Assembly (NCBI GenBank): GCA_033764015.1
Contig: JANRJK010000043.1
Coordinates: 1-64,000 of the forward strand
Direction of reading: 5' to 3'
Source: Candidatus Sumerlaeia bacterium
GTDB taxonomy: Bacteria > Sumerlaeota > Sumerlaeia > SLMS01 > JANRJK01
Length of the DNA stretch: 64,000 nucleotides
Positions 50,725 to 60,038 of this stretch are shown here, piece by piece (position 1 is the stretch's first letter; every line of letters begins with the position of its first letter). The position numbers and the translations under genes are program-made. The notes beneath the pieces are model-generated. The model was not told where the DNA came from and made no database searches. It was given only the letters and a program-made list of their open reading frames with translations.

Positions 50725-51811
50725 TTTCCCACTCCTTGGTCAGGTCCCGGACCAAGTCGTCGATCGCGGCGAGGTCCGGTGCCTCGGGGAGCGGCGACTC
50801 GGGAAGGAGCGCCTCCAGCGACCGCGTGCGCCGCTCCGCCTCTTCGATCAGTTCCTCGTAGCGGAACGATCCATTGCGGACCGCCAACAGGAAGTCGCGG
50901 TCGGCCCCTTCGAAGCGCACCCGGGGAGCCCCCTCGCGCAGCATGCTTTCGGCGGCCAGCAGAAGGCGAAAGGTGTGCATCAGGTTCTTCGCGTCGTAAT
51001 CGAGGGCGCCCCGTTCCTGATCCTGCCAACGGGACTCGTTCCTCTCCGAGCGCCAAGCCCAGTAGTTGCGGTGGTCCCGCAGAGCGGCTTCATGCGCTTG
51101 CCGGTTGAACAGCAAGAGCCCCGCGAAGCGTCGCCCTTCCTCCGCGAGCGGGATGGACTCCATCACGAGGTTTCCGCCGCGGAAGACGCCGCGCGCCCCG
51201 CGCCCGAAGTGGTAGAGCCGATACACTTCAAGGGAATGCTCCAGTGCGGCGGCGTGGCATTCCTCCAATTCGATCCCCGACTCCGCCACGGGGACGGGGC
51301 GCATCGGTGGGTCGGCGCTTGCGGCCGCGCGCGCAATGAACCAGCAGAAATCCTCCTGCCGAGGCGGGTCCTCGGGCTGCGGGCGGTTCACCCACTTGTT
51401 CTGTCCGCGCGCCTTGCGAATCTGCGCATTCGCGTAGGCGACGTGCGACTGGTAGCAGGCGCGGCTGAGGAAGAGCGTCCGGGCCTCCAGCAACCGGCGT
51501 CCCACACTCGAAACGCGAAGCAGGCAATCCTCCGGAGCGAAGAGAAGCTCCAGCATGTTCGGGTTCGCGCCGGAGGCGAGCTCGGCAAACCGCCGGAGTG
51601 CGAAGTACGCGGTATCGCCGCGCGGATCGGAAAGCTGGTTCGGAACGGCGCCAAGGCCCAGATAGGCCGCCGCTGGTAGCGCGAAGACCCCTCGGATGTC
51701 GCGGTCGGAGCCCGGCCGGTTCAGGCCGCACGCAGTGCTACCGGCAACGCACTCCAGAAGGATGAAGTGCGGGGCGGCGAGTAGGGAGTCGAACGAGTCC
51801 GGGATGCGCAT
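50711..51811 (-). CDS. Pol-beta superfamily nucleotidyltransferase (RlaP-like, long type)
   Basis: GS...GL....SD.DIRGVF, NPN.LELL, YA.AQI.KARG.NK and YDAKNLMH.FRLL motifs. Start at ATG 51811 inferred (ORF extends to 51970). Confidence 0.88.
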   Translation of the reverse strand: MRIPDSFDSLLAAPHFILLECVAGSTACGLNRPGSDRDIRGVFALPAAAYLGLGAVPNQLSDPRGDTAYFALRRFAELASGANPNMLELLFAPEDCLLRVSSVGRRLLEARTLFLSRACYQSHVAYANAQIRKARGQNKWVNRPQPEDPPRQEDFCWFIARAAASADPPMRPVPVAESGIELEECHAAALEHSLEVYRLYHFGRGARGVFRGGNLVMESIPLAEEGRRFAGLLLFNRQAHEAALRDHRNYWAWRSERNESRWQDQERGALDYDAKNLMHTFRLLLAAESMLREGAPRVRFEGADRDFLLAVRNGSFRYEELIEEAERRTRSLEALLPESPLPEAPDLAAIDDLVRDLTKEWESAHS

Positions 51812-52077
51812 CGATGAAGCCGCGGATGGCGTTCCCGCATCGTCCTCCACAGTATCCGAAGGGCCAGCGGAACCGCGCCGCGAAGGAGCTGCCTCCGGGG
51901 CTCGTCGCCCACCCTCTCGCGATGGTCCTGCGCACGGCACGACCTCGGATCGAACTCGCGCACAGCTCACTCATGCGCCCACCTTCCGCATCGCTCCTCG
52001 GCGAGGCGGACGAAGTTTGGGTGGCCGATGTCTGCCCGGGAAGGAATGACCGGGGGGGCACAGATACAGGTCGCTGA

Positions 52078-52947
52078 GAGCCCATCCGAAAAGTTCTTGA
52101 GGCTGTAGCGCCGGGTGTTTCCCGCTCGGCGCATGACGACCCGACCGAAGTACCCCAGCGACCTTCCCGACGCCGAGTGGGCCATCCTCGAGCCCCTCGT
52201 GCCCCCAGCCAAGCCCGGCGGGCGGCCCCGCAAGACCGACATGCGCGCCGTGCTCGACGCCTGCCTTTACCTCTCGCGCACCGGCTGCCAGTGGGGCGCG
52301 CTCCCGAAGACCTACCCGCCCAAGAGCACCGTCCACGAGTACTACAGCGCGTGGCGCAAGGACGGAACCTGGCAGGCGATCCACGACGCGCTCCGCGCCA
52401 AGGTGCGCCAGCGAGCCGGCAAGGACCCCGAACCCAGCGCCGCCATCATCGACTCCCAGTCCGTGAAAACCACGGAAAAAGGGGGCCCGAGCGCGGGTAC
52501 GACGCCGGAAAAAAGGTGAAGGGGCGCAAGCGCCACATCCTCGTCGACACGCTCGGGATGCTGCTCGAAGCCATGGTGACGGGCGCAAACGTTCCCGACC
52601 GGGACGGCGCGCGGCTGCTGCTGGCCGCGACCGAGGGGCGCCATCCGCGCCTCGCGAAAGTCTACGCGGACTCGGCATACAGCGGCGGTCCGCTGGCGGG
52701 CTTCGCCGCCTTCTTCGGCGCCCGCGCCATCGAGGTCGTCCCCCGGCGCCCGGACCGGAGAGGCTTCGAGCCATTGCAGAAGCGCTGGATCGACGTGCGC
52801 ACCTTCGCATGGCTCGTGCGCTGCCGCAGACTGGCAAAGGACCTCGAACACACCATCTCGAGCGCCCGCGCGCAGCTGCATGTCCGCATGATCGGCGTCA
52901 TGCTCCGCAGGCTCGCGAGGGGGTAGGGAGGCTTTCCGGATGGGCTC
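52078..52947 (+). mobile_element. IS5-family insertion sequence (IS1031-like subgroup), 870 bp
   Basis: Terminal IRs GAGCCCATCCGAAAAG / CTTTCCGGATGGGCTC (15/16 match) enclose a two-ORF DDE transposase; flanks are TGA and TAA. Confidence 0.93.
52133..52926 (+). CDS. IS5-family transposase, -1 frameshift joining orfA (52133-52519) and orfB
   Basis: orfA has YPSDL.D.EW, TGCQW..LP and IIDSQSVK; orfB has GYDAGKKVKGRKRH, ADSAY and RW. A5G5 slippery run at 52476-52485 lies in the overlap. Confidence 0.9.
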
Positions 52948-53071
52948 TAAGGGCCCTTGATCATCCGTTGAAGTGCCACGCCCCGGCTCGCGGGGTTCTT
53001 GGTAGGGGAGACTTCCGCACTCCCTTGGATTTGTCGGGAGCGGTGGGCGGCCGCTACGATCGCGTGTGCCT

Positions 53072-53992
53072 CTAAAACGCGTTCGCCTTCGCCAGCGCAG
53101 CCAGCGTTCGGTTCACGAGGGCGGCCGCCACGCTTTCGTAGGCGGGGTTTCCCGGAATGGGGGCGAGGCCGCAGAAGTCGATGCCGAGGATCCGCTTCGT
53201 CCCCGCGAAGGATGTCAGGATGTTGCCGAGGAAGTCCATCGAGAGGCCGAAGGCGACCGGTTGCTCGACGGCGGGGAACTGGAGCGGGTCGAGCGCCGAG
53301 AAGTCGACGGAGATGTAGACGTCGCCGGCGAAGTGGCGGCCGAGCTCGAAGGCCGCGCGCACCGGGTCCATCGCCGCGAGGCCGCGCGCGGTCATGAACG
53401 GGATGCGCTCCGAAAGGAGCGACCGGAACTCCGACTCGGACATGCCGCGGATGCCGGCAAGCACCGTCGGCACGCCCATGGTCCGGACGGAGCGCGTGAA
53501 CCAGTTGGAGACCGCCCCGAACGTTTCGCCCTCGTTCTGAAGGTGGCGGTGCGCGTCGATCTGGAGGACGCCGAAGCGGCAGCCGCGGCGGTGCAGCGCC
53601 TCGACCGCGCCCAGCCCCGCGAGCCGATCGGCGCCGATGATCACCGGAAAGCGCCCGGTGGTGTGCGTGCGGTCCACATAGGCGTAGACCTCGCGCTGCA
53701 TCACCTCGTGGCGCTCGGCTTGGATCGGCGAGATGGTGTAGATGCCACGGGAGGACGGATCGAGGCCCGACTCCTCCTCGTAGCCTCCGATCCAGTTGGA
53801 GACTTCGAGGAGCGCGCGGGGCCCGATGCGCGCCCGGCGCGAGCTGTCCGGCGCCCAGGTGACCGGCATCACGATGGCGCGCGCGGCCTTGCGCGACGCC
53901 TCCGTCCGCGGCAGGCCGCGGAACGCCGGCCACGAGGTCGGCACCGAGGAGAGTTCCTCGCGGGTGACGCGGAATCGCGAGTCGGGTTTCAC
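53072..53992 (-). CDS. Arginase/agmatinase (ureohydrolase) family protein with degenerate metal site
   Basis: Family scaffold GP..L...S, IDAH, GIR, VYISVD...LDP..FPAV..P..FGL; canonical ligand motifs altered. Confidence 0.82.
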   Translation of the reverse strand: MKPDSRFRVTREELSSVPTSWPAFRGLPRTEASRKAARAIVMPVTWAPDSSRRARIGPRALLEVSNWIGGYEEESGLDPSSRGIYTISPIQAERHEVMQREVYAYVDRTHTTGRFPVIIGADRLAGLGAVEALHRRGCRFGVLQIDAHRHLQNEGETFGAVSNWFTRSVRTMGVPTVLAGIRGMSESEFRSLLSERIPFMTARGLAAMDPVRAAFELGRHFAGDVYISVDFSALDPLQFPAVEQPVAFGLSMDFLGNILTSFAGTKRILGIDFCGLAPIPGNPAYESVAAALVNRTLAALAKANAF

Positions 53993-53999
53993 CCGGGCC

Positions 54000-56090
54000 T
54001 CAGTGCGACAGCGACGGCGGCGGCGGGATCTGCGGCGCCACCGCGTCGTCGTCCGCCGCGCCGCCTTCGCGTTCGCGCTGCGCCTTCGCGATCATGTCGA
54101 GCGAGCGGCGCACCGACTCGCGCTCCTGGATGATCGACTCCTCCGTCTCCGGATGCGTCTGCCGGTTGACCTCTTCGAAGCTGGTGACGCCGTAGCACAC
54201 CTTCAGCCAGCCGTCCTGGCGCATGGTCATCATGCCTTCGTGCACGGCGAGCGCGTGCAGGTCGTCGGCGGTCGAGCGCTGCAGGATCAGCTCGCGGATC
54301 GTGTCGGACACCTGCAGCACTTCGAAGAGGCCGATACGGCCGCGGTAGCCGCTGCGGTTGCACTCGTCGCAGCCGCGCCCGGTGCTGAAGGCGATGTCGG
54401 CGACTTCCGCGCGGGTGACGCCGAACGCCTCGAGTTCCTCGTCGCTGGCGATGTACTCCGTGCGGCAGCGCTGGCAGATCGTGCGGACCAGGCGCTGGCC
54501 GACGACGGCCTGCAGCGTCGAGGTGAGCAGGAAGGGCTCGATGCCCATGTCCACGAGGCGGTTCACCGTGGCGGCGGCGGAGTTCGTATGCGTCGTCGAC
54601 AGCACCAAGTGACCCGTGAGCGCGGCCTGCACGGCGATGGAGGCCGTCTCGACGTCGCGGATTTCACCGACCAGGATCACGTCCGGGTCCTGGCGCAGGA
54701 TGCATCGCAGGCACGCGGCGAAGGTAAGGCCGACGGCGGAGTTCACGCTCACCTGCACGATGCCGGGCAATTCGTACTCCACCGGGTCTTCCACGGTGAT
54801 GAACTTGTGGCCCGGATCGAAGACCTCCGTCAGCACCGAGTAGAGCGTCGTCGTCTTTCCGGAGCCCGTCGGGCCGGTGACGAGCACGATGCCGTTCGGG
54901 CGCTTGCAGGTCTTGAGGAAGGGAGTGAGCACCTCCTGCTGCATGCCGAGCTGCGAGACGCCGATCATCATGTTCGTCTTGTCGAGCACGCGCATCACGA
55001 TCGACTCGCCGTGCACCGTGGGGACCGACGCGACGCGGAGGTCGATCTCGCGTCCGTTGATCGAGAGGCGGATGCGTCCGTCCTGCGCCTTGCGCGACTC
55101 GGAGATGTTGAGGTTCGCCATGACCTTGATGCGGGAAATCAGGCCGAGCTGGAGGTTCTTGGGCGGCGAGGGGATCTCGCGCAGCACGCCGTCCACGCGG
55201 TAGCGGATGCGCACCGAGTTGGCGAAGGGCTCGATGTGGAGGTCGGAGGCGTTGTCCTGGATCGCCTGCAGCATGAGCAGGTTGACCAGCTTGATGACGG
55301 GCGGGTCGTTGGCGAGCGCCTCGACGTTGATTTCGACTTCATTGCCCTTGATGATGGCGCCTTCGTTCTTGCCGGCGTCCTCGTCCCCGAGATTGTCGAT
55401 GACGGTTTCGAGCGACTCGTCGCCGACGCCGTAGTGGCGGTCGATCGCGTCGACGATCTCGTCCTCGGGGCAGACGACGATGTCGATCTCGTGCTCCGGG
55501 AGCATGAGGCGGATGTCGTCGATGATCGTGACGTTGTGCGGGTCGCTGATGGCGATGAGGAGCGTCGGGAGGCCGCGCGCCGACTTGGCGGGGATCTCGT
55601 CCACCGGGAAGATGCGCTTGTCGCGGGCCGTGACGGAGGGAATGAACGAGACCAGCCGGGCGACCTTCTGCTCGTCGGTGAGGTCGAACTCGCGGATGCT
55701 GCGGAACTGGTGGCCCGCGCGGAGCGTCAGCGAGCGGATCAGTTCCTCGGGATCCGTCACCATGTCGGCGGCGTCGACGTCGGGTAGCGAGAACGTGCCC
55801 ATGAAGCCGCCGCTGTCGAAGGAAGGCTGCATGCTGGCGATCTTCCCGGCCATCTCGTGGCCCGGAATGGTCGACTGGCCCTTCCCCGGGCCGCCGATCT
55901 TCGCCGCCGCCTCGTGGCCGCCCATCGACGGGCTCTTGTCGAAGCCGCGCCCCGGCAGCCGCGCGGCCATCTCGGAAGCGAGATTCTTCGGCACCGAGCG
56001 CTTCTTCGTGTCCACGCCCCCTTCGACCCTAAGGAGGATGTCGAGTTCCTTCGAGGCGCTTTTGTAGGACTCTTCGGGGGACTGGCTCAT
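54000..56090 (-). CDS. GspE/PilB-family secretion/pilus assembly ATPase
   Basis: ASDLHIEP, RYRVDGVL, QDGRI, GPTGSGKT, EDPVEY, LRQDPD...GEIRD, TGHLV.ST.HTN and tetracysteine CQRC/CDEC motifs. Confidence 0.93.
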   Translation of the reverse strand: MSQSPEESYKSASKELDILLRVEGGVDTKKRSVPKNLASEMAARLPGRGFDKSPSMGGHEAAAKIGGPGKGQSTIPGHEMAGKIASMQPSFDSGGFMGTFSLPDVDAADMVTDPEELIRSLTLRAGHQFRSIREFDLTDEQKVARLVSFIPSVTARDKRIFPVDEIPAKSARGLPTLLIAISDPHNVTIIDDIRLMLPEHEIDIVVCPEDEIVDAIDRHYGVGDESLETVIDNLGDEDAGKNEGAIIKGNEVEINVEALANDPPVIKLVNLLMLQAIQDNASDLHIEPFANSVRIRYRVDGVLREIPSPPKNLQLGLISRIKVMANLNISESRKAQDGRIRLSINGREIDLRVASVPTVHGESIVMRVLDKTNMMIGVSQLGMQQEVLTPFLKTCKRPNGIVLVTGPTGSGKTTTLYSVLTEVFDPGHKFITVEDPVEYELPGIVQVSVNSAVGLTFAACLRCILRQDPDVILVGEIRDVETASIAVQAALTGHLVLSTTHTNSAAATVNRLVDMGIEPFLLTSTLQAVVGQRLVRTICQRCRTEYIASDEELEAFGVTRAEVADIAFSTGRGCDECNRSGYRGRIGLFEVLQVSDTIRELILQRSTADDLHALAVHEGMMTMRQDGWLKVCYGVTSFEEVNRQTHPETEESIIQERESVRRSLDMIAKAQREREGGAADDDAVAPQIPPPPSLSH

Positions 56091-56261
56091 CGCGTGGGGC
56101 CTCCGGCTGGGTCGGGGCGCCCTCTAGGCGCACCCGTGCCCAGTCAAGATAGGACTGGCCGATCTGGTTTCCAACTGGTTTTTGAGTTGCCGCCAACTTG
56201 GCTGGCGGGGCTGGACAGCGTTGCCGGGGCGGTGCTCTGCTCCGCCCTCCGCCGAATCCCA

Positions 56262-58016
56262 ATGAACGATCCCGAACCCGCCGAAGGCTCCTCCGCACCG
56301 TCCCGCCGCTGGACCGCGCCGCTCGCCGCAGGCGTGGCGGGCGGCGTCGCCTCCGGGGCGTACCTCGTGGTCGCCGCGCGCGCCCTGCTTTCGGCCGCGG
56401 GGCGTCCGCTCGTCGGCATCGACGACGCGTGCATCACGATGCGGTACGCGATCAACATCGCGAATGGTTTCGGCTTCGTGTACCAGGCTGGCGGCGAGCG
56501 GGTCGAAGGCGCGACATCGCTGCTCTGGACCTTGCTGTTGTCGCTCGCCGCGCGGGGAGATGCTCCCCAGATCACCGCGGCGACCATGCTGGTGGCCGCG
56601 ATCTCCGCGGCGCTGGGCTCGCTCGCGGCGGCGCTTGGGACCGCCTTGGAATCGGCCGGGGTGGAGTCGCCACGCTCGCGCGCCGCGCTGCTGGCGCCGA
56701 TGGGGCTGTGGATCGCCGCGCTGCCCAGCTACCCGGAGTGGGCGGTCATCTCGCTCATGGAGACCGGGCTCTGGTCGGCGCTTGCGGTCCTGCTGGCGGC
56801 GGAGACCGTCCGCGCCGCCGCCGGCGGTCTCGACAGGGGCATCGCCGCGCGCGCTGCGCTCTGGGGGGTGCTAGCCGTCGCGGCCCGTCCCGAAGCGCCG
56901 CTGCTGGTCGCGGGCAGCACGGCGATCCTGCTGGCGCTTGCCGGCTTGGGCGCATGGCGCCGGTTGCTCGTGGTATCGGCCATCCCCGCCGCGGCCTTTG
57001 CGGCGCTGATCGGCTGGCGAATCTGGTACTTTGGCGTGCCGCTTCCGAACACCTATTATGCGAAGGTGTCGCCGGACCTCGGTTACTCGCTCTCCGAGGG
57101 GTTCAAGTACCTCGGCGCGTTTCTGTCGTGGTCGCCGCTCGCCGCCGGCGCCGTTGCGGCGTCGGCCGCCGTGCTCGGGCGCCTCGCATGGCGGCGCGGC
57201 GTCGAAGGGGTGCCCGCGCGGCTCGCGCTGGCGGCATCTCTGTGGGTGCTCCTTGCGCTCGCGCTGCCTGTTTACGGAGGCGGAGACCACTTCAAGAACT
57301 TCCGCTTCTACCAGCCCTTCTGGCCGCTTTTCGGGCTGGCGCCCTGGTGCCTCGCCCTCTGGCTTGCGGTGTCCGGCCCAGCCACGCGCCGCGCCGGGAT
57401 CGTCTTCGCGGCGCTCTTCGGGATCGCGGTGCTCGTCCACGGCGCCCGCGACTGGCGGCAGACGCTGCGCGAGGGACCCGGGATGTACAAGCACGAGGCG
57501 TGGCTCGCGATGGAAGGCTTCCACATCGGGCGCACGCTCAACAACTGGTTCGACGGGCGGCCGCTTCCGGGGCTCGCCGTCTACACGGCGGGGGGTGTTT
57601 CGCTGACCTACCAAGGGCCGCTCTTCGACACGCTCGGGTTGAACGACACCGAGGTGGCGCGCGCGCCGGGCGACCGCCGCGGGATGAAGAACCACGCCGC
57701 ATTCAACCCGGAGATCTTCAAGCGACGCCTGCCCGACCTGTACGCGCCCTTCACGCTCCGCAATCCGGAGGACGGGGAGGCTTGGGCCCAGTCGATCATC
57801 GGATTCCAGACGCTCTTCTCCAAAGGCATCGTGAACGACCAATGGTTCCGCGACAACTACGTGCCGGTACTGATCCCCATGGACATGCCCGACATGGCCG
57901 CGATGTTCGTGTACGCGCGGCCGGAACTGGTGCAGTGGATGATGGACGAGGGGCGCCCGGTGCGCGTGCTTTGGCGCCGCTGGTGGCTGGCGGGAGATCC
58001 GCCGCCGGCGCCGTGA
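56262..58016 (+). CDS. Multi-TM membrane protein, GT-C-like glycosyltransferase
   Basis: DDA.I..RYA.N...G.G.V....ERVEG.TS.LW, MET, RPE, PNTYYAK and D.LGLND motifs. Confidence 0.75.
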   Translation: MNDPEPAEGSSAPSRRWTAPLAAGVAGGVASGAYLVVAARALLSAAGRPLVGIDDACITMRYAINIANGFGFVYQAGGERVEGATSLLWTLLLSLAARGDAPQITAATMLVAAISAALGSLAAALGTALESAGVESPRSRAALLAPMGLWIAALPSYPEWAVISLMETGLWSALAVLLAAETVRAAAGGLDRGIAARAALWGVLAVAARPEAPLLVAGSTAILLALAGLGAWRRLLVVSAIPAAAFAALIGWRIWYFGVPLPNTYYAKVSPDLGYSLSEGFKYLGAFLSWSPLAAGAVAASAAVLGRLAWRRGVEGVPARLALAASLWVLLALALPVYGGGDHFKNFRFYQPFWPLFGLAPWCLALWLAVSGPATRRAGIVFAALFGIAVLVHGARDWRQTLREGPGMYKHEAWLAMEGFHIGRTLNNWFDGRPLPGLAVYTAGGVSLTYQGPLFDTLGLNDTEVARAPGDRRGMKNHAAFNPEIFKRRLPDLYAPFTLRNPEDGEAWAQSIIGFQTLFSKGIVNDQWFRDNYVPVLIPMDMPDMAAMFVYARPELVQWMMDEGRPVRVLWRRWWLAGDPPPAP

Positions 58017-58017
58017 G

Positions 58018-58782
58018 CTAGCCAAACAGGAAGCGGGTGAGGAGGAAGTTGGCCACCAGGACGCCGCTCAGCGACGTCACGACCGCCGCCGTCGTGGCGC
58101 GTCCGACGCCTTCCGCGCCCCCCCGCGTCGTGACGCCCATGTAGCAGCAGACGGTCGCGTAGGTCAGTCCGAAGACCACGGACTTGAAGAAGCCCTTGTA
58201 GACTTCTTCCAGGGAGAGGGCGTCGAAGGTCTTAATCCAATAGATCTTCGAAGTGACGTTGAAGTAGTTCGTGGCGATGATCATGCCCCCCACGAACCCG
58301 ATGATGACGGAGTAGATCGTCAGGATCGGAGTCATCAGGAGGGCGGCGAGGATGCGCGGCATCACAAGGTAGCGCTCGGGCCGGATGCCGAGGACGCGGA
58401 GCACGTCGATCTCGTCGTTCACCGCCATGGTGCCCAGCTCCGCCGTCATGGCTGCGCCGACGCGGCCGGTGATGATGACCGCGGTGATGACCGGTCCCAT
58501 TTCGCGCATGAGCGAGAGGGCGACGACTTGGGCGATGAGGACGGTCTGGCCGTAGGTCTGGAGCGCGAGGCCCGTGTTGAGGGCGAGCGTCATGCCGACG
58601 AAGGCGCCGATCAGGAGGGCGAGCGGCACCGTCTGGTAGCCGACGACCAGCATCTGCTGGAGGAGCCGCCTGCGGTCCTGGCGGCCGAAGGCGGTGTGCC
58701 TGAGCGCCGAGACGAGCAGCAGGCCCATGCCGCCGCTCGTCTCGAAAATGCGCTCGAAGCGCCGCTCGATGCCGTTGATCAT
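58018..58782 (-). CDS. mlaE: MlaE-family ABC transporter permease
   Basis: REMGPV.TA....GRVGAA.TAELGTM....IDVL, YLVMPR and GGAEGVG.ATT..VV motifs. Start MINGIE at 58782. Confidence 0.9.
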   Translation of the reverse strand: MINGIERRFERIFETSGGMGLLLVSALRHTAFGRQDRRRLLQQMLVVGYQTVPLALLIGAFVGMTLALNTGLALQTYGQTVLIAQVVALSLMREMGPVITAVIITGRVGAAMTAELGTMAVNDEIDVLRVLGIRPERYLVMPRILAALLMTPILTIYSVIIGFVGGMIIATNYFNVTSKIYWIKTFDALSLEEVYKGFFKSVVFGLTYATVCCYMGVTTRGGAEGVGRATTAAVVTSLSGVLVANFLLTRFLFG

Positions 58783-58799
58783 GCGCGGGGGCGTCGGCG

Positions 58800-59948
58800 T
58801 CAGGCGGTCGCGCCGCGGCTGATGGCGACGGCCTTCTGAGCGCCCTCCGCCATGGTGCGAGCCACGATCAGCGACGTCCCCTTCAGCATCTCGTGCGCTT
58901 CCTTGTCGTTCGTGCCGATCAGGCGGATCACGATCGGCGTGTTGAACCCGGGGAGCGATTCGAGGGCCTGCAGGATGCCGGCCGCGACGCGGTCGCATCG
59001 GACGATGCCGCCGAAGATGTTGAAGAAGATCGTGTTCACCGACTTGTCGCTGGTGATGATGCGGAGCGCGTCGGCGACCTGCTGCGCCTTGGCGCCGCCG
59101 CCGATGTCGAGGAAGTTCGCCGGCTCGCCGCCGAAGTGCTTCACGATGTCCATGGTGGCCATGGCGAGGCCGGCGCCGTTCACGATGCAGCCGATCTTGC
59201 CGTCCAGCTTGACGTAGTTGACCGACGCGCGGCGCGCCTCCACCTCCAGCGGCTCCTCTTCGCCGTCGTCGCGGAGCGACTCGAGTTCGGGGTGCTTGTA
59301 GAGCGCGTTCTCGTCGAAGATCACCTTCGCGTCGCAGGCGATCGCCTGGCCGGCGCCGGTGATGACGAGCGGGTTGATCTCCGCGAGCGAGCAGTCCTTC
59401 GCGTAGAACATCTCCGCGAGGCCGTTCACGATCGCGTGGAAGGTCTTCTGCGCCGACTCCGGGATTTCGAGGAAGTCCGCGAGGCGCTGCACGTGGAAGG
59501 GGCGCATTCCGTAGCCCGGGGGAAGCGTGAACTTCAGCAGCTTCTCCGGCGTCTTCTCGGCGACCTCCTCGATGTCCATGCCGCCCGCGGCGGAGGCCAT
59601 CACGAGGGGGCGCTTCGAGACGCGGTCCATGACGATCGCGAGGTAGATCTCGCGCTTGATGTCCACGCCGGGCTCGACGAGGACCTGCCGCACCGTGATG
59701 CCCTTGATGTCGAGGCCGATGATCTTCGCGGCTGCTTCGCGCGTCTCCTGGAGGGAGTGCGCCAGCTTGACGCCGCCCGCCTTGCCGCGGCCGCCGACAT
59801 GGACCTGCGCCTTCACGACGACCGGCCAGGTGGCCAGCTCCTCCGCGATCCGCGCGGCGCCGTCCGCATCCGTCGCGACCCTGCCCCGGGGGGTGGGGAC
59901 GCCGTGCGCGGCGAGGAGGTCTTTGCCTTGGTACTCGTGGATTTTCAT
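58800..59948 (-). CDS. sucC: Succinyl-CoA ligase beta subunit
   Basis: MKIHEYQGK, KAQV..GGRGKAGGV, EINPL, VNGAGLAMATMD, ANFLDIGGG and NIFGGIVRCD motifs; GGAGG RBS. Confidence 0.96.
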   Translation of the reverse strand: MKIHEYQGKDLLAAHGVPTPRGRVATDADGAARIAEELATWPVVVKAQVHVGGRGKAGGVKLAHSLQETREAAAKIIGLDIKGITVRQVLVEPGVDIKREIYLAIVMDRVSKRPLVMASAAGGMDIEEVAEKTPEKLLKFTLPPGYGMRPFHVQRLADFLEIPESAQKTFHAIVNGLAEMFYAKDCSLAEINPLVITGAGQAIACDAKVIFDENALYKHPELESLRDDGEEEPLEVEARRASVNYVKLDGKIGCIVNGAGLAMATMDIVKHFGGEPANFLDIGGGAKAQQVADALRIITSDKSVNTIFFNIFGGIVRCDRVAAGILQALESLPGFNTPIVIRLIGTNDKEAHEMLKGTSLIVARTMAEGAQKAVAISRGATA

Positions 59949-60038
59949 GGTGGGAGGTGTTCGCCTCGGTTCGGTTTGTTCCCGGAATCGGAGCCATCGG
60001 CGGGCCCGCGGGGCCACTGGAAAAGCGTGGAGCGCATG

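Noticed and set aside
51812..52077. Short ORFs between the nucleotidyltransferase and the IS
   Set aside because: No recognisable motif in any frame; may be a gene remnant, but I cannot support a call.
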